From NCBI RefSeq assembly GCF_036365525.1, contig NC_090399.1, positions 13,019,558-13,083,557 on the forward strand: DNA of 64,000 nucleotides, given 5' to 3'. Under the pieces are notes generated by a model. That model saw only the letters and a program-made list of their open reading frames with translations, had not been told where the DNA came from and searched no databases. The position numbers were made by a program, and so were the translations under genes. Origin of the DNA: Heterodontus francisci. Taxonomy: Eukaryota. Shown here piece after piece: positions 59,390 to 64,000 of this stretch (positions are counted from its first letter, which is position 1; the number at the start of each line of letters is the position of its first letter).

Positions 59390-61321
59390 ATGCCTGCAGC
59401 TAAAGGAACAGCCATTGGTATTGATCTGGGCACCACGTACTCCTGCGTGGGGGTCTTCCAGCATGGCAAGGTGGAGATCATCGCCAATGACCAGGGCAAC
59501 CGCACCACCCCCAGCTATGTGGCCTTCAACGACATCGAGAGGCTCATTGGAGACGCGGCCAAAAACCAGGTGGCTCTGAACCCACCCAACACCGTCTTTG
59601 ATGCCAAGAGGATCATCGGGAGGAAATTTGACGACCCAGTGGTCCAATCTGACATGAAGCACTGGCCCTTCCAGGTGGTGAATGATGCCGGGAAGCCCAA
59701 GGTGAAGGTCGAGTACAAGGGTGAGGATAAAACCTTTTACCCCGAGGAAATCTCCTCAATGGTGCTGACCAAGATGAAGGAGACGGTTGAGGCTTACCTG
59801 GGACACACTGTCACCAATGCTGTTATCACTGTGCCCGCTTACTTCAATGACTCCCAGCGCCAGGCAACCAAAGATGCTGGTGTGATCGCTGGTCTCAATG
59901 TCCTCCGTGTCATCAATGAGCCGACGGCAGCTGCCATTGCCTACGGCCTAGACAATAAGGGCAGAGGAGAGCACAATGTTCTCATCTTTGACTTGGGAGG
60001 TGGCACCTTCGACGTGTCTGTTCTCTCCATTGACGACGGTATCTTTGAAGTGAAATCGACAGCTGGTGACACCCACTTGGGTGGAGAGGACTTTGATAAT
60101 CGCATGGTCAATCACTTCATTGAGGAGTTCAAGCGTAAATACAAGAAGGACATCAGTCAGAACAAGAGGGCAGTCAGGAGGCTGAGGACAGCCTGTGAGA
60201 GAGCAAAGAGAACCCTGTCTTCCAGCACTCAAGCCAGTATTGAGATTGACTCTCTGTTTGAAGGCATAGACTTCTACACGTCCATCACCAGGGCTCGGTT
60301 TGAGGAGCTGAATTCTGACCTGTTCAGAGGCACTCTGGAACCAGTGGAGAAAGCTCTGAGAGATGCCAAGTTGGACAAATCGCACATCCATGATGTTGTC
60401 TTGGTTGGCGGCTCCACCCGCATCCCCAAGATCCAGAAATTGCTGCAGGATTTCTTCAATGGCAAGGAGCTGAACAAGAGCATCAATCCTGATGAGGCCG
60501 TGGCCTATGGAGCAGCTGTTCAAGCGGCTATCCTGATGGGGGACAAGTCGCAGAATGTTCAGGATCTACTTCTCCTGGATGTCGCTGCTCTGTCTCTGGG
60601 TCTTGAGACAGCAGGAGGAGTCATGACCACACTCATCAAGCGTAACACCACCATTCCCACCAAGCAGACTCAGATCTTCAGCACCTACTCTGATAACCAG
60701 CCCGGTGTCCTTATTCAGGTGTATGAAGGGGAGAGAGCCATGACCAAGGATAACAATCTTCTGGGCAAATTTGACTTGAGTGGCATTGCTCCTGCCCCCC
60801 GTGGTGTGCCACAGATTGAGGTCACCTTTGATATTGATGCCAATGGCATCCTAAATGTTTCTGCTGTTGACAAGAGCACTGGTAAAACAAACAAGATCAC
60901 CATCAACAATGACAAGGGCAGGCTGAGTAAGGAGGAAATTGAGAGGATGGTGCAGGATGCAGAAAAGTACAAAACTGAGGATGAAGTCCAGCGCCAAAGG
61001 ATCGCAGCCAAGAATTTGCTGGAGTCCTATGCCTTCAACATGAAGAGTGCAGTGGAGGATGAGAATGTGAGAAGTAAGATCAGTGAGGAAGATAAGAAGA
61101 AGATCATTGACCAGTGCAACCAGGCAATATTGTGGCTGGAGAACAATCAGATGGCAGAGAAGGAGGAGTTTGAGTACCAGCTGAAAGAGCTGGAAAAACT
61201 CTGTAATCCCATCATTACCAACCTGTACCAAGGAGGAGCATCAACAGCAGCAGGGGGATCTTGCAGAACCGAGGCTGGAAATGCCACATACACAGGACCA
61301 ACTGTGGAGGAGGTGGATTAG
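59390..61321 (+). CDS. hsp70: Heat shock 70 kDa protein, inducible intronless HSPA1-like (copy 3), 643 aa
   Basis: All HSP70 signatures and EEVD; single exon; opposite orientation to copies 1 and 2. Confidence 0.98.
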   Translation: MPAAKGTAIGIDLGTTYSCVGVFQHGKVEIIANDQGNRTTPSYVAFNDIERLIGDAAKNQVALNPPNTVFDAKRIIGRKFDDPVVQSDMKHWPFQVVNDAGKPKVKVEYKGEDKTFYPEEISSMVLTKMKETVEAYLGHTVTNAVITVPAYFNDSQRQATKDAGVIAGLNVLRVINEPTAAAIAYGLDNKGRGEHNVLIFDLGGGTFDVSVLSIDDGIFEVKSTAGDTHLGGEDFDNRMVNHFIEEFKRKYKKDISQNKRAVRRLRTACERAKRTLSSSTQASIEIDSLFEGIDFYTSITRARFEELNSDLFRGTLEPVEKALRDAKLDKSHIHDVVLVGGSTRIPKIQKLLQDFFNGKELNKSINPDEAVAYGAAVQAAILMGDKSQNVQDLLLLDVAALSLGLETAGGVMTTLIKRNTTIPTKQTQIFSTYSDNQPGVLIQVYEGERAMTKDNNLLGKFDLSGIAPAPRGVPQIEVTFDIDANGILNVSAVDKSTGKTNKITINNDKGRLSKEEIERMVQDAEKYKTEDEVQRQRIAAKNLLESYAFNMKSAVEDENVRSKISEEDKKKIIDQCNQAILWLENNQMAEKEEFEYQLKELEKLCNPIITNLYQGGASTAAGGSCRTEAGNATYTGPTVEEVD

Positions 61322-61637
61322 AAGATTGGAAAGACTTGGGTTTAATGCCTTGTATTAAACAGTGCACTTATGTTTTTGTGGGTTAGGACCCTTTTTGTCA
61401 TGGGTGTCACAAGTGGAATTATTCTATTGATAACCTTAAACTTTACTTTTTTTTCTTAAATTGGAAATAGAAAATATTTTGCATGTTTGTATAATGCAGG
61501 TTTACTCCAGTTCTTAAGTTACATTGCCGAACACCAAGTTACCTGAAGCTACTTTGAACTATGTGATTTTTTTTTTCAGTTGTGTGTTAAAATATATAAT
61601 TGTTCTTCAGTGGACTCTATAAAACTAGAATGTTTTT

Positions 61638-61643
61638 AATAAA
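61638..61643 (+). terminator. Putative polyadenylation signal of HSP70 copy 3
   Basis: AATAAA ~317 nt after the stop codon in an AU-rich UTR, followed by T-rich sequence. Confidence 0.6.
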
Positions 61644-62005
61644 TAGTTTGCTTGTTTTATTCCTTACTTTTGCATTAAACAGTGACTTCCATTTAGTTAA
61701 ACTGATCTACTTTTCAGCAATTACATCACATTACTGAACGGAATTGAAAATGGTCGTTAATTGGTCAAACATTTTCCTGCATGATTAACTGCAAACCCTC
61801 AAGGAAACTGTTAAACCATTTGACTTGTCTAATTTTGAAGTGTAAAAATTCAATATTTACCGATGATACCAAACTTGGAGCTGTGGCAAACAGTGAGGCT
61901 GATACCAATCGACATCAACAGGACGTAGATAGGGTAGCAGAATGGGCAGACTAGTGGCCGATGGAATTTAATACAGAGAATGTTACGTGATGCATTATTT
62001 ATTTA

Positions 62006-62310
62006 TAATTTAGAGATACAGCACTGAAACAGGCCCTTCGGCCCACCGAGTCTCTGCCGACCAACAACCACCCATTTACACTAACCCTTCACTAATCCCA
62101 TATTCCCTAACACCTACCAACATTCGGGACAATTTACAATGGCCAATTTACCTACCAACCTGCAAGTCTTTGGCTGTGGGAGGAAACCGGAGCACCTGGC
62201 GAAAACCCCACGCACAGGGAGAACTTGCAAACTCCGCACAGGCTGTACCCAGAATCGAACCCGGGTCCCTGGAGCTGTGAGGCTGCGGTGCTAACTACTG
62301 CTCCACTGTG
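62006..62310 (-). mobile_element. HE1-like V-SINE inserted in a CR1 fragment (61850-62595)
   Basis: Reverse complement of the element at 600-944 (ggaggaaaccggagcacc, gaatcgaacccggg). Confidence 0.85.
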
Positions 62311-63294
62311 GAAGAAGGGATAGGGAGAGGCAATATAGACTAATGCAGAGTTCTAAAGAGTATGCAGGGACAGAAGGTCCTGGGGGTTCAAATGCATAGA
62401 TCTTTGATAGTGGCAGGATATACTGAGTGAATAATTAGTAAAACATATAGGTAAATAGAGGTATTGAGAACAAAAGCAGGGAAGTAATGCTGAACCTTTA
62501 TAAAGCTCTGGTTAGGCCCCAACTAGAGTATTGCGGCCAGTTCTGGTCACCACACTTTAGGACGGATGTGAGGGTGCAGAGGAGATTTACCAGAAGTTGT
62601 GGTTCAGAAGTCTCTGGCTGGTAGTAGTACTTTGCAGCTGGTCCACCTGGTTCAGGTTTTTCAAGGAGACAGTGGTGTGAGTGGCTTTCTTCCCCGGGAT
62701 CTCTGTCTATAGCAATGGTAAACTTGGATGTTCTGCAGTTGCAGACAGGTTTCAAAACTTGGAGTATATCTGGAAAAAGAAAGAGAGAGAGAGAGATATA
62801 TACACACACAGCCCTACTAGTGTCCTGTCTGGTTAGCACTTGAAGCTTGTCTGCTGTGTGTAACAAAATTTCAAGTTTTACACAGCCCGGGGAGACTGTC
62901 ACATGGTTCTCTCAATACCCTTTGTTTTTAATGAGGTCCAAAGTCTAAAACCCAAATCTGTCTCGGGCTGTATTGTCAGTGTTCACCCCCTGGAGGTCCA
63001 TCTCCACTAATGAATGTTTCAAGATGGCTTGGAATGTCCCGCTAATGAGGGTGATATTGGATACTCTACTCAGTTATCCAAAGCATTGTCCTGGATGGAA
63101 TCTTTGTTAGACATGTGTCTCCAATTCGATGTCCTGGAATGAGAGGTATTTCAGTGCAAATTATGGTGGCCATCTTGGCTGCCAGCTTTTTAAAAGTTAA
63201 ATGTAGGATCTAAACTTTCCTTTTGAAAAGTTTAATGTAGGTTTCCAACCAATTAATTAAAAATCCTCATTTGGTATAGCATGTTTTCTTGACA

Positions 63295-64000
63295 AGCAGG
63301 AGTAGACCATACAGATTGTCCAGCCTGCTTCGCCATTCAATATGATCATAACTGATCTTGGGCTTCAACCCCACTTTCCCACCCATTCCCCATATCCCTT
63401 GATTCCCTGAGAGATCAAAAACCTGTCTATCCCAGCCTTAAATATATTCAATGATGGCGCATCTGGAGCCCTCTCGGGTAGAGAATTTCAAAGATTCACA
63501 ACCCTTTGAGTGAAGAAATTTCTCCTCAGCCCAGTCCTAAATGATTGGTTGCTTATCCTGAAACTGATTTAAAGTACTTTGCTAGAGAAGCAAAAGCGAC
63601 ATGACGAAAAACTTTTTTCACAAAGCAAGTGGTTAAGATTTGAAATGCACTGCCTGAGAGTGTGGTGCACACAGGTTCAATTGAGACAATCAAAAGTGAA
63701 TTAGACTGTTACCTGAAAAGGAAAAATGTGCTGGTTTACGGGGAGAAGGCAGTGGAAAGGCACTAAGTGAATTGCTCATTTGGAGAGCCAGTGCAGACAC
63801 AATGGGCCGAATGGCCTCCTTCTGTGATGTATTGATTCTGTAATTCTGTGATTCCCCAGCCAAGAGAAATAACATCTCAGTATCTACCCTGTCAAGGCCC
63901 TTCATAATCTTGAACGTTTCAGTGAGATCACCTCTCATTCCTCTAAACTCCAGGGGATATAGACCCAATTTACTGAGCCACTCATCATATGTCAACTCTG
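63295..64000. mobile_element. Nested CR1 3' fragments on both strands
   Basis: MRGDLTETFKIMKGLDRVD; tail gggccgaatggcctccttctgtg. Confidence 0.7.

Overview
Eukaryotic, repeat-rich vertebrate DNA, most likely from a cartilaginous fish. This is inferred from HE1-type V-SINEs, SacSINE1-like DeuSINEs and abundant CR1 LINEs, all recognised by eye. Genes: three near-identical, intronless 643-aa heat-inducible HSP70 genes (8393-10324 -, 16343-18274 -, 59390-61321 +), each with HSE/CCAAT/TATA promoters. Copies 1 and 2 lie in a ~8-kb tandem duplication; copy 3 is inverted ~41 kb away. Between them is a 7-exon RING/B-box/coiled-coil/PRY-SPRY TRIM gene on the minus strand (50718 to 30955, 474 aa as reconstructed) with a CpG-island promoter. 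The rest is nested retroelements (CR1, a second CR1-group single-ORF LINE, L2-like, RTE, SINEs, a solo LTR, Penelope-like fragments) plus a 3.4-kb G-rich 20-bp minisatellite. Most notable observations: patchy gene conversion among the HSP70 copies; a minisatellite that expanded from inside an L2-like LINE just upstream of the copy-3 heat-shock elements; an intact minimal hammerhead ribozyme core; a LINE with a tRNA-like 5' head whose two ends form a SINE; and an intron splitting the TRIM RING finger. Repeat boundaries are approximate and family names were not checked against a database.
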